DNA of 38,686 bases from assembly GCA_964427105.1 (NCBI GenBank), contig CAYRSY010000004.1, forward strand, positions 1 through 38,686, in the 5' to 3' direction. Below the pieces are notes generated by a model that searched no databases, was not told the origin of the DNA, and worked only from the letters and a program-made list of their open reading frames with translations. Below are positions 26,409 through 35,570 of this stretch, in pieces; within the stretch, counting starts at the first letter, position 1, and the number at the start of each line of letters is the position of its first letter. Position numbers and translations under genes: made by a program. Source of the stretch: an uncultured Dehalococcoidales bacterium. GTDB lineage: Bacteria; Chloroflexota; Dehalococcoidia; Dehalococcoidales; UBA1222.

Positions 26409-26409
26409 A

Positions 26410-27228
26410 TCAGGCGTTCTTTCGCTGCCATAACTCAAACGAGCCTTTTATCATCCCTGCTGTGTCAGCCAGCCCGATAATCATGAAGTAGGGTATTAGT
26501 TTAAATTTTAGTTTTATGACGGCTTTTGCCAGCCAGTAACCGGTAACCAGCGGCGCCCACAAACCCGCTTTCCATGGGCCATGCTTTTTAATCAATGCCG
26601 GTTTTGCCCGTCCGTACCAGAATCTCTGTTTGGTCAGGCTTTTAAATCCTTCGCGGTGCACGTGCGTTACGCATACGGGCGAAGTCCCGATTTTATATCC
26701 TGCTTTCTTAAGCCTGTAGAGGAAATCCACGTCATCTCCGGCAATGCGGATTTCAGGATCGAACCCGATTTTTAATGCTATGCTTTTGTCCAGTATGGCG
26801 GCGCTCAGCCCTCCGGAAGTTCGCGATTGGCTGGATTTCAGATGCCAGTCCTGCGCTTTTTCCCAGTAGGTTTGAGATTTGACAGGAGCCAGTCTGGCCT
26901 GCATATTGGCGAAACCGCCTGTTTTCAATTCCTCGAGCATTGTTTTCAATGCTCCGTCAGGGAGTATGATGTCGGCATCTATAAAGGCGATATAGGTTTG
27001 TGTTGCCTGCTCGAGCCCAAGCTGGTGAGCAAAGCTTACCCCCTCGCCGCCGTCTGAAAAAATACGCTGCGTGAAAGCGCGGGCTATCTCCAGTGTGCTG
27101 TCGGTGGACATTCCGTCTATTATTATGATTTCGGCAGGATTGTTGCGGCGCACGGATTCAAGGCAATCTTCCAGCGTTTTTCCGCCGTTTTTTACAGCGA
27201 TTATGGCCGATAAAGGTAATAAACTCAT
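26410..27228 (-). CDS. Glycosyltransferase family 2
   Basis: LSAIIAVKNGGKTLEDCLESV...IIIIDGMSTDST...IAFIDADIIL. Confidence 0.85.
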   Translation of the reverse strand: MSLLPLSAIIAVKNGGKTLEDCLESVRRNNPAEIIIIDGMSTDSTLEIARAFTQRIFSDGGEGVSFAHQLGLEQATQTYIAFIDADIILPDGALKTMLEELKTGGFANMQARLAPVKSQTYWEKAQDWHLKSSQSRTSGGLSAAILDKSIALKIGFDPEIRIAGDDVDFLYRLKKAGYKIGTSPVCVTHVHREGFKSLTKQRFWYGRAKPALIKKHGPWKAGLWAPLVTGYWLAKAVIKLKFKLIPYFMIIGLADTAGMIKGSFELWQRKNA

Positions 27229-27238
27229 GCTATTATCC

Positions 27239-28906
27239 TTATGGTTTATACTGCTGGAAATACAGTTGGGCGCTGGGGTTGGCGTATATAAGGCTGTAAT
27301 ACGGTGAGATTTCCAGCCTGTTCTGCATTTCAGTAACTGCAGAGTAGTCGTTCAGTGAAAATTCATATACAGCCTCGTCTGTGGTTCCTGCATGCACGTA
27401 TTGCACCACACAACCTGATGGAATGGGAAAAACCAGCTTTTCTTCTTCCCAGTCAGCTTCATCCAGATAATACCTGGAGTAGGTGTAATCGGGATAGTAT
27501 ATGCGTGTGCCCCCGAAAACATCGCCGACGATGCTGTTTTGCGTCATAAAATGCCAGTAGGCTCGCTCGGCAGGCGGTTCATAGTCAGTTGCAGCGAAGC
27601 CATAGTGTGAAATTATGCTCAATGGCAAGGCTGCCATAACAAGCAGGCTCAATATGGTTGCCCCGAGTTTGGATCGGAGCATCTTGACTCCGAAATAAGC
27701 CACCGGAATCAGCGAGAATAGGAAAACCCGTGCCCAGAACTCGGCGCCGTAGAGCATGCTGAACAGAATCAGAAAAGCCGGACCCAGAAGCGAAAGAACT
27801 GTGCGGTCGGCATTGTCCCTGTATTTGCGCGAGAACAGGAAGCCAAGAATTCCAATAAGTGCCACCAGGGCGGTGAAAATGTAGCGTCCATAGGCCACTC
27901 CAAGGAGGGATGGGCTGGCAGTTTCCGAAGCGCTCAATGCGGAAAAATGGAAAATAAGATCCAGCCGGAAAGCCCGTTCGATGTAGCCGGGCAGGGAAAG
28001 TTCTAACTGGGACGCCGCTCCATAAATTGTCCAGAAAGCCACTACCACGCCTGCCAGTATGGTCAGGTTAAAGCCTTTGACAAGTTTGGCAAATCCCAGG
28101 GCAATGATGCTCAAAAAAGCCACGATGGATGTCAGCATATGGGTTACGCTTATCCCGATGAGGATAAGGATAATGCTGAATTGCTGCCCTGCCGAAGCTG
28201 TCTCTTTTTGCCAGGAGGCTGTCTGTGAAAGCAGCGCCAGCAACGTGATGAGCAGCAGCATGCCGATGGCCTGCGGGCATAAATATAGCTGCGCCGTCCA
28301 GTTGGCCAGAAAGAATAGCCAGCAGGCGGCCCACCGGTGGTTGGGTGGGGAAATGGTATTTTTAAAAAATATGTATAGCGGCGGAAGTATCAGAAATTGC
28401 ATTACGACAGGGCTATAGAGCGCCATGAAATCGGCGGTGTTAGCTCCGGTTATCTTCATCAGGATAGCTTCGAAGAAAAACGCTCCCGGCCAGTTCTGCA
28501 TAGTCCACAGCGAATAAACATCGAAAGTCAGGTTTGTATTGAAATGGCCTGTTTGAACTATGTAGTCGGAGTTCGGATACAGGATGCCGTATGTCCACCA
28601 GGTCGAAACAGGATTGGCGCCTATAAGCAGGGGGGGTAAAAATACCATCAGGATGAACAGGCATAATTGCAGGCAAAGTATTCGCGGACGGCTTTCCCCT
28701 GCTGTCCATAACATCAACGAAGCGATGGCAAGCAATCCCAGCGAGACGAAATAGATGACAGGAAAACTGTCTATCAGACCATAAAATCCAATGATGAACA
28801 TGGATTGAACCATGCTGACAGCCCATAGCACAACCGCGGCTGCTGTCAGGAAAAGCGACAGGCGATATCTGATTATTTCGGGAGAAGTGGGATGGCGCTG
28901 TTTCAA
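27239..28906 (-). CDS. Large polytopic membrane protein with a ~110-aa C-terminal soluble domain; candidate Wzy-type polymerase or GT-C-like glycosyltransferase
   Basis: 555 aa with 12 or more hydrophobic helices. The TTG start lies 1 nt after the upstream stop. No family motif was recognised. Confidence 0.5.
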   Translation of the reverse strand: MKQRHPTSPEIIRYRLSLFLTAAAVVLWAVSMVQSMFIIGFYGLIDSFPVIYFVSLGLLAIASLMLWTAGESRPRILCLQLCLFILMVFLPPLLIGANPVSTWWTYGILYPNSDYIVQTGHFNTNLTFDVYSLWTMQNWPGAFFFEAILMKITGANTADFMALYSPVVMQFLILPPLYIFFKNTISPPNHRWAACWLFFLANWTAQLYLCPQAIGMLLLITLLALLSQTASWQKETASAGQQFSIILILIGISVTHMLTSIVAFLSIIALGFAKLVKGFNLTILAGVVVAFWTIYGAASQLELSLPGYIERAFRLDLIFHFSALSASETASPSLLGVAYGRYIFTALVALIGILGFLFSRKYRDNADRTVLSLLGPAFLILFSMLYGAEFWARVFLFSLIPVAYFGVKMLRSKLGATILSLLVMAALPLSIISHYGFAATDYEPPAERAYWHFMTQNSIVGDVFGGTRIYYPDYTYSRYYLDEADWEEEKLVFPIPSGCVVQYVHAGTTDEAVYEFSLNDYSAVTEMQNRLEISPYYSLIYANPSAQLYFQQYKP

Positions 28907-28907
28907 T

Positions 28908-29717
28908 TCAAATCCTTTTCTGAAGGGTTAACAGTATTTCGCCGGTAGCGTGTTCTTTTTTATAAAAAAGCTGTTCCAGCCGGTATAAGGGCCAGCCTAT
29001 GAGCAGGTCTTTGAGCACGCACCAGCCTACCGGCAGGATCCGGAACGGCGCGCAAACAACATTGTGCCCGCCTATGAATTCATGATCGGCAACGCTCAAA
29101 CCGTTTTCTTCCGCCATGCGGAGCAGGTCTGGCAGGCTGTAGTAACGCATTATTGAATCCGTTTCTATTTGCTGCTGAAAATATGTCAGGTGCACTTCTC
29201 CGAACAGAATTTGCCAGAGCTTTTTGTGGCGATGTAACAGGTTGGTTTGCCATTCTGATTTTTTCCATGACCTTGTCCATGTTTTGCCTTGCGAATAGGG
29301 TACGGCGATAAAAGCCGCTCCGCCTTTCTCAAGAATACGGGCAATCTCATTGAATACCTTCCAGTCTTCCGGCACATGTTCCAGCGAAGAGATAGCCACT
29401 ACCGCGGAAACGCTGCCGGCTGCCAGAGGCAGGCGCGTCATATCCGCCTGAATGGCGTCTGTACCGAACGAACGCTGGTAGTTGCAGGCGGCCTTGCTCA
29501 AATCTACGGTTGTGTATTGCGCTCCCTTGAAAAAAGCCGGGAAAACCGAATATCCGCTTCCGAGGTCAATTATTCTCCCTTTTGTTTTCAGGTTGTTTAC
29601 GCAATGATAAATCTTTTCGTATTCCATAAAGCGCCATATATCCAGGTTGCTAAAATAAAAGAACAATTGCCGCCAGCCGTTTCTTTTACAGGCGAAATAG
29701 AGTGTTTTAAACCACAT
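28908..29717 (-). CDS. Class I SAM-dependent methyltransferase
   Basis: IIDLGSGYSVF...VVAISSLEHVPED (Methyltransf_11-like). Confidence 0.75.
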   Translation of the reverse strand: MWFKTLYFACKRNGWRQLFFYFSNLDIWRFMEYEKIYHCVNNLKTKGRIIDLGSGYSVFPAFFKGAQYTTVDLSKAACNYQRSFGTDAIQADMTRLPLAAGSVSAVVAISSLEHVPEDWKVFNEIARILEKGGAAFIAVPYSQGKTWTRSWKKSEWQTNLLHRHKKLWQILFGEVHLTYFQQQIETDSIMRYYSLPDLLRMAEENGLSVADHEFIGGHNVVCAPFRILPVGWCVLKDLLIGWPLYRLEQLFYKKEHATGEILLTLQKRI

Positions 29718-30660
29718 GGCTTTGTTCTTCTTTTTGTAAGTTCAGTTTTAGGCTGGCAAGATATCCGCCGATCCAGGCATATTGCGCCAGCGGCAGGAGT
29801 ATTATCTGCCGCCAGTTTTGGTAACGCAGCGCCATCCAGATACCTAATAACGGAGTTGCCAGTCTGACAACCGGCGGTATCACCCGGCTTAACCATCCTC
29901 TGTTGTATAGCCGCAGAAGGGCGCCGTCTCCTTTGCCCCAGCCGTAGCGCTGTTTTAAAAGCTGTTTAATATTTTCCGGGGGGTGATGGCGAACAGGCGC
30001 ATCCGTCCACCATTCGGCTTTCCATTTTCTGTCTGCTATGTCGCGTGAGAGCAGGTTGTCGCCGGGATAAAGCAGCCCGGGGCTGATTTTATATAGATAC
30101 AGCCAGCGGCTGAAGCCGTTTATTTCTTCGAGACAACTCCGCCGCGCTATGTAACAGGGGCCGGAGGTGTATGTCTTGCCGTTGCTGAAGCCGGTGGAGT
30201 GGTGATACAGTTTTTTAAACGGCGAACTGGTTCGGCAACCCGAATTACGCAGTTTGTATCCGTGATACTCCCACCATTGCCCGATGCTTTTTCCCATCGG
30301 AGTATGCGATGCGGATTTCGCCAGGCATCCCAGAATCCCCAGTTGTTTGTCTTCGAACATCGCGTACACTGCAGGGAAAAATCCCCTTTCGATAAAAGCG
30401 TCGCTGTCTATAAACATTACCAGATCGTGCTTTGCGCAGCGCCATGCCATATCCAGCCCGGAATATACTCCCAGCCCGTCGTCTGCCAGCAAGTTCACAT
30501 TATATTCCCTGACAACTTCCAAAGTGCCGTCGGTGCTGTGTCCGTCAACGATGATAATTTCGCCTATATAGCCGCTATCGTAATCGGGAATGAGAGACGA
30601 CAGGCATTCGCCGATGGTGTCGATATTATTGCGCGTAGCTACGATGACCGAGGTTTTCAA
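29707..30660 (-). CDS. Glycosyltransferase family 2
   Basis: TSVIVATRNNIDTIGECL...IIIVDGHSTDGT...VMFIDSDAFI. The TTG start is in a TTGA overlap. Confidence 0.85.
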   Translation of the reverse strand: MKTSVIVATRNNIDTIGECLSSLIPDYDSGYIGEIIIVDGHSTDGTLEVVREYNVNLLADDGLGVYSGLDMAWRCAKHDLVMFIDSDAFIERGFFPAVYAMFEDKQLGILGCLAKSASHTPMGKSIGQWWEYHGYKLRNSGCRTSSPFKKLYHHSTGFSNGKTYTSGPCYIARRSCLEEINGFSRWLYLYKISPGLLYPGDNLLSRDIADRKWKAEWWTDAPVRHHPPENIKQLLKQRYGWGKGDGALLRLYNRGWLSRVIPPVVRLATPLLGIWMALRYQNWRQIILLPLAQYAWIGGYLASLKLNLQKEEQSHVV

Positions 30661-31358
30661 CCAGCCGCCCTTTCTTTGTTCAGGTTTTTAACGCATACCA
30701 TATCAAAAGCGAAAGTTGCGGGGAAAAAATAAGGCAGCGGCGCCAGTAACACTCCCAATCCCAGCCAGATCAGGCTGTGAAGCGGGATCAATACAGGCAG
30801 GCGTTTATAGATGAAATTTCCGAAATGCTTTTCTATCCGCAGTTTATTGCCGTTGACCTTGTAGCCTCTTTTTTTGAAGTCATCCACAGTCCATCCGGAT
30901 TTGTGGTCGGCGCCCGAAGCCTTGGGATGTTCCAGCAACTCGTGAAAACCAACCGGCGTAGAGATTATGACTGTGTTCAGGGCTATCCGCTCCATTTTGG
31001 CGATGAGGGCAGCCCCGTCTTCTTTATGAAGATGTTCGAGCATTTGCAGGCAAAGCACCGCGTCGTAGCTCTTTTCAGAAAACGGGAAATAGAGAGCATT
31101 GCCAAGCGTGTAATTATCATGAGATTTCCGGGAGGAGGCCTTTTTAATGCATTCCTTTGAGATATCCAGTCCCATCGTTTGATACTTCTTATGCCTGTTG
31201 ATGAAAAGCATGGTAAGACCATCGTTGCAGCCGATATCCAGCAGGGTGTTTTCCTTTTTTTCGACTCTGCGCGAAATGGTATTAAGCCGGCTTAAAGGTA
31301 TGTAGCCGCCGTAACGGTGCGCCAGTTTAGTGATGCCGGATGTGAGGTTGCCGCCCAT
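30657..31358 (-). CDS. Class I SAM-dependent methyltransferase with C-terminal TM segment
   Basis: LLDIGCNDGLTM...YDAVLCLQMLEHL. The C-terminal hydrophobic stretch is LIWLGLGVLLAPLPYFF. Confidence 0.75.
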   Translation of the reverse strand: MGGNLTSGITKLAHRYGGYIPLSRLNTISRRVEKKENTLLDIGCNDGLTMLFINRHKKYQTMGLDISKECIKKASSRKSHDNYTLGNALYFPFSEKSYDAVLCLQMLEHLHKEDGAALIAKMERIALNTVIISTPVGFHELLEHPKASGADHKSGWTVDDFKKRGYKVNGNKLRIEKHFGNFIYKRLPVLIPLHSLIWLGLGVLLAPLPYFFPATFAFDMVCVKNLNKERAAG

Positions 31359-31364
31359 AATAGT

Positions 31365-31961
31365 TTAACCCCTGACCATCTCTCGAACCATGCAGGTTAT
31401 CATGTGTTCCAGAGAAAGATGCATATCCTCTACCTGGCCGTAATCATGGCTGGAAAGGTTAATGCTGATGTCCGTCATCTGCCGCAGCCTGCCGCCGCCG
31501 AATCCCGTAAATCCTATAGTAGTAGCCTCTTTTTCCCGTGCATAACGGATGGCTGCCAGAACGTTGGGCGAATTGCCGGAAGCGCTTATGCCCAGGGCTA
31601 TGTCTCCTTTTTCGATATTGTCGATAAGCTGCTCAACGAAAACGGATTCATAATCGATATCATTGCCAACCGCGGTCAGCATGGGGATGTTGTCCGAAAG
31701 GTTGAAGGCCTTTATGCGCCGTCTTCCCGCTACGGCCGCACCCTTGCGCAGGTCGCATACCATGTGAGCCGCCGTGGCGGCGCTGCCGCCGTTGCCGAAA
31801 ATGAACAACTGCCTGCTGGTAAGATATGTGCGGTATATGGCTTCGGCGACGGCAACTACATTCTGAGTCTCGATTTCATCGATGCAGGTTCGCAGCCCTG
31901 CCAGATAATCATGCTGTATTGCCTCGCCGGATGGTATTTTACTTAAAGTGTTGCCTTTCAT
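31365..31961 (-). CDS. gmhA: D-sedoheptulose-7-phosphate isomerase (SIS domain)
   Basis: FGNGGSAATAAHMVCD, AVGNDIDYESVF and GISASGNSPNVLAAIRYAREK align with E. coli GmhA motifs. Confidence 0.85.
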   Translation of the reverse strand: MKGNTLSKIPSGEAIQHDYLAGLRTCIDEIETQNVVAVAEAIYRTYLTSRQLFIFGNGGSAATAAHMVCDLRKGAAVAGRRRIKAFNLSDNIPMLTAVGNDIDYESVFVEQLIDNIEKGDIALGISASGNSPNVLAAIRYAREKEATTIGFTGFGGGRLRQMTDISINLSSHDYGQVEDMHLSLEHMITCMVREMVRG

Positions 31962-31973
31962 CTGGTTCTCCCG

Positions 31974-32951
31974 TTAAATGACGTATATGATTTTGCTGCC
32001 TTCGGCTTCGAAAGCGAAATCCATTTCCTGCAAATTTCCGAGCGCCTGCCTTACAGCAAGCCGCTTCTCCGCCGGGACTACCAGCAGCAGAAATCCGCCG
32101 CCGCCAGCCCCCAGCACCTTGCCGCCGTATGCTCCGGCAGCCAGCGCTTTTTCATAATATGCGTCAATTGCGCTGTTGGAGATACCGCTGGCCAGTTCGC
32201 GTTTGAGCAGCCATCCTTCGTGCAGCAATCTGCCCAATTCCTGCGCTTTAAGGCTGCCGTTGAAGCACAGGCGTGTTTCCTGTGCCAGATCGCGCATCTT
32301 TTTCAGGTTTTTGAATTTGTCTTCCCGACAGGTATTTGCGGACTGCTCCGCCAGTATGGTATTGGCCTTGCGGGAATCTCCTGTATAGAGGAGTAGCAGA
32401 TTTTCCTCCAGCTCTTCCCTGCATTTTTTGCTGCAAATAACAGGGTTGACGAAAACGCTCTCGTCGGGATTGAACTGGATATGGCACAGTCCTCCATATG
32501 CTGCAATATACTGGTCCTGCTTGCCTATGGGTTCTCCAATTGTATCAATCTCGATATGGCAGGCTTGTTCAGCCAGTTCCTGGGCGGATTTTAAAATTCC
32601 CTGATAGGCATAAAGGGCATTGAGCAGTCCTACAGTAAAGCTTGATGATGATCCAAGCCCGGTGCCGGCGGGGATATCTGCTATGGATACTATCTCTATG
32701 CCCCCGCTTATGCCGGCAAGTTTAAGCGCCGCTTTCACTATGGGGTGTTGTATTTCGTCAACGCTTCCTGCTATCTCGGTGCGCGAATAGCTTACGCGCA
32801 CGGTATCGTCGAAGCGGCGGTTGACGGTGATATACATGTATTTTTTAATAGCAGTGCTTACTACCGCCCCGCTTTCGCGCCGGTAGAAAGCGGCCAGATC
32901 GGTGCCGCCGCCGGCAAAACTGATGCGGAAGGGCGTGCGCGTGATTATCAT
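31974..32951 (-). CDS. hddA: GHMP-family sugar kinase, D-glycero-alpha-D-manno-heptose-7-phosphate kinase-like
   Basis: It has MIITRTPFRISFAGGGTDL and the GHMP motif PAGTGLGSSSS, and sits between gmhA and the nucleotidyltransferase. Confidence 0.75.
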   Translation of the reverse strand: MIITRTPFRISFAGGGTDLAAFYRRESGAVVSTAIKKYMYITVNRRFDDTVRVSYSRTEIAGSVDEIQHPIVKAALKLAGISGGIEIVSIADIPAGTGLGSSSSFTVGLLNALYAYQGILKSAQELAEQACHIEIDTIGEPIGKQDQYIAAYGGLCHIQFNPDESVFVNPVICSKKCREELEENLLLLYTGDSRKANTILAEQSANTCREDKFKNLKKMRDLAQETRLCFNGSLKAQELGRLLHEGWLLKRELASGISNSAIDAYYEKALAAGAYGGKVLGAGGGGFLLLVVPAEKRLAVRQALGNLQEMDFAFEAEGSKIIYVI

Positions 32952-33646
32952 GCGCGTATCTCCTTGATTGTTCTCTCGAAAATCCCCAGCCCAGAAAAGC
33001 TCCCGATATCATAGAATTGTTTGGCGGTAATACAGGCTCTAACGTCACCGCGAGAAATCAGGTTCGGGAAAATATCCGCTTCAAGAGATATTGCCTGTGC
33101 CGGATTTAAATCGGCAAGAACATTACGCTTCAGCGCCATCACTCCGGCATTGACATAATCCTTGCCTGCAGGGTTGGTTTTATCATATCCGGTCACGTAT
33201 AAATTATCGTAAACTGCAAGGTCGCCGCGGGTGTCCGGCGGGCAGTGCGAGGCCACGATCAAAGCCTGTGCATCGCATTGATTGAAATCTTCATAAATGG
33301 TTTTATAATCGATATTCAGATAGGTATCCCCGTTGACTACCAAAAAGCTTTCATGAAGCATGGGTTCTGCCAGTTTGAGCGCGCCGCCCGTGCCCAGCAA
33401 GTTGCCGTTCTCACGGCTGTAGAGCAGCCTTAATCCCATATTCTTGCCATTGCCAAAGTATTCCTCTATCTGTTCTCCAAGGTATCCGGTGCAAAGAATT
33501 ACCTCATCGGTTCCTTTTTCCTTGAATAACTGCAGCAGGTAGTACAGGAACGGTTTATCGCCGACAGGCGTCATGCACTTTGGCAGCTTTTCGGTTATCG
33601 GCCGCAGCCTTGTTCCCAATCCTCCTGCCAGAACAGCTATTTGCAT
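32948..33646 (-). CDS. hddC: Sugar-1-phosphate nucleotidyltransferase, heptose-1-phosphate guanylyltransferase-like
   Basis: AVLAGGLGTRLRPITEKLPKCMTPV. It has an ATGA overlap with the kinase gene. Confidence 0.75.
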   Translation of the reverse strand: MQIAVLAGGLGTRLRPITEKLPKCMTPVGDKPFLYYLLQLFKEKGTDEVILCTGYLGEQIEEYFGNGKNMGLRLLYSRENGNLLGTGGALKLAEPMLHESFLVVNGDTYLNIDYKTIYEDFNQCDAQALIVASHCPPDTRGDLAVYDNLYVTGYDKTNPAGKDYVNAGVMALKRNVLADLNPAQAISLEADIFPNLISRGDVRACITAKQFYDIGSFSGLGIFERTIKEIRA

Positions 33647-34590
33647 GCGCTTAACTCCGCCACATGTTCTACGGCGGCCAGCCGCGCGGCTTCATCCGAG
33701 GAGAGCCTGGCACGCCAGCCCAGTTTCTGCATCTTGCTCATATCGAAGCGCAACTGCGGGGCGTCACCTGCCCAACCGCGGTCGCCTTCGCCGTACTTCA
33801 GCTTAACGTCTGTAAGCCCCATTTCTTCTAACACTATGGCGGCGATGGTGCGTACATCGGTGGCCGAATCCACGCCGATGTTGAACAGGTTCACCCTGTC
33901 TCCGGCGTTTTTATATCCGAAAAGTATGCCATCCACGCATTCGCTGACATGCAGATAAGGCTTGCACTGGTTGCCGTTTCCAAGTATCTCCAGTTCAGAC
34001 GGGTTTTCCTTTAGTCTGTGAACGAAGTCATAAACCACTCCCTGACGCCTGCGTAAACCGACAATATTGGCGAAGCGGAACATCCAGCCGCGCATATTAA
34101 AGGTGTGGCAGTAAGCGCTGATAAATGCCTCGGCTGCCAGTTTGGAAGCGCCGTAGAGCGAGATGGGGTGCAGCGGGCCGCGGTCTTCTTTCATGGGAAC
34201 AGGCGGCGTTTCTCCATAAACCGAGGCGCTGGAAGCAAAGACGATTTCCCTGACGTCATTATGGCGCATGGCTTCCAGCACATTACAGGTAGCGACGGTG
34301 CCGTTATCCAGGTCTATACGAGTGTCATTTGCCCCGCTGCGCACGTCGGCATGAGCTGCGACGTGGAACACGGTCCGACAGCCGCGCATGGCTTGTTTAA
34401 TCGCGTCAAAATCGCGCAGGTCGAGTTGTGTAAAACGAAAAAGAGGACTTGCCGCCGCAGATTTGAGGTTTTCCATGCGGCCACTTGAGAGATTGTCGCA
34501 GACAATAACCTCGTGTCCTTCGGACAGCAGCCTGTCCGCAAGATGGCTGCCTATAAAGCCGGCTCCGCCGGTTACAAGTACTCTATGCAT
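33637..34590 (-). CDS. NAD-dependent sugar-nucleotide epimerase/dehydratase (extended SDR)
   Basis: VLVTGGAGFIGSHL and YGASKLAAE (YxxxK). The ATG at 34590 is preferred over the extended ORF start at 34689. Confidence 0.85.
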   Translation of the reverse strand: MHRVLVTGGAGFIGSHLADRLLSEGHEVIVCDNLSSGRMENLKSAAASPLFRFTQLDLRDFDAIKQAMRGCRTVFHVAAHADVRSGANDTRIDLDNGTVATCNVLEAMRHNDVREIVFASSASVYGETPPVPMKEDRGPLHPISLYGASKLAAEAFISAYCHTFNMRGWMFRFANIVGLRRRQGVVYDFVHRLKENPSELEILGNGNQCKPYLHVSECVDGILFGYKNAGDRVNLFNIGVDSATDVRTIAAIVLEEMGLTDVKLKYGEGDRGWAGDAPQLRFDMSKMQKLGWRARLSSDEAARLAAVEHVAELSACK

Positions 34591-35570
34591 GACTCTCTCC
34601 CGAATGCTCCCGAATCCCCGAATAACCCGCGCGCGTATCCGAAAGCTACTCCCGACAGGGCGACAGCTATCAGTTTTAATCTTTGCCACGATTCAGCAGG
34701 TCTGGACAGCAAACCCATAAGTGTCAGTGGGAGCAGTTTAAACAGTATTCTGCCCAGCAGCTTATGCTCCACCGCGAGCGTATCATCATGCTGGTTGCCC
34801 AGAGCTTTTTTCATCAGTATCTTGGTATAACCTTCCCAGTAAGCTCTGCTGGCTACGAAACTGCTGTTAACCCTGTAAGCATCTGCCCTGTGATACACAA
34901 CAACATCGGGAGCGCATATTATGCTTTTTCCGCTAACGCGTCTGGCTCTCAGACAAAATTCCGTATCTTCTCCCACAAGTTCATGCTTCCCTCTGGCTCC
35001 GCCGCCCCTGGCGCCGACTTTACCAAGAAAGAGCCCGCCCTTTTGAAAAGCTTCTCTTCTGAAAGACATGTTATTGCCCCAGGCATTCCTTACTTCGACC
35101 GGCTGTGCCGGGACTGCCAGCGAGCAGCTTACTATCCAGTAGAATTCCTCCGGCAACCACCCGAGCCGTTCATTTTCCCATAGCGGCAGGATTGGCCCCG
35201 TAACCCCTATAATATCCGTGCGCGTTTGGAACGCGCTTACGATTCCTGCCAGCCAGCCCGGAGTAGCCACGGCATCGTCATCTATGAAGGCAAAAATCTC
35301 TCCGCGGGCATTTCTGATGCCCATGTTCCGGGCTGCCGAAGCCCCGTTTGCCCCCGCGTTAAAAAGTATGCGTATATTGCTATATCCATTCTGCCTTAAG
35401 TACTCATCTATTCTGCCGAGCAGTTCCCGTGATTTTTCCAATACGATAATGATTTCACAGTCACCAAAGGTTTGCTTTTGCAGGCTGTCGATCAGCTTTT
35501 TCAGATCGCCCAGCCTTTCCATCGTATATGAGGTGGCGATAACGCTGACCAGCGGATGTTTTTTAGTCAC
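34572..35570 (-). CDS. Glycosyltransferase family 2
   Basis: VSVIATSYTMERLGDLKKLIDSL...IFAFIDDDAV. It has a GTG start. Confidence 0.8.
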   Translation of the reverse strand: MTKKHPLVSVIATSYTMERLGDLKKLIDSLQKQTFGDCEIIIVLEKSRELLGRIDEYLRQNGYSNIRILFNAGANGASAARNMGIRNARGEIFAFIDDDAVATPGWLAGIVSAFQTRTDIIGVTGPILPLWENERLGWLPEEFYWIVSCSLAVPAQPVEVRNAWGNNMSFRREAFQKGGLFLGKVGARGGGARGKHELVGEDTEFCLRARRVSGKSIICAPDVVVYHRADAYRVNSSFVASRAYWEGYTKILMKKALGNQHDDTLAVEHKLLGRILFKLLPLTLMGLLSRPAESWQRLKLIAVALSGVAFGYARGLFGDSGAFGRESCIEYL

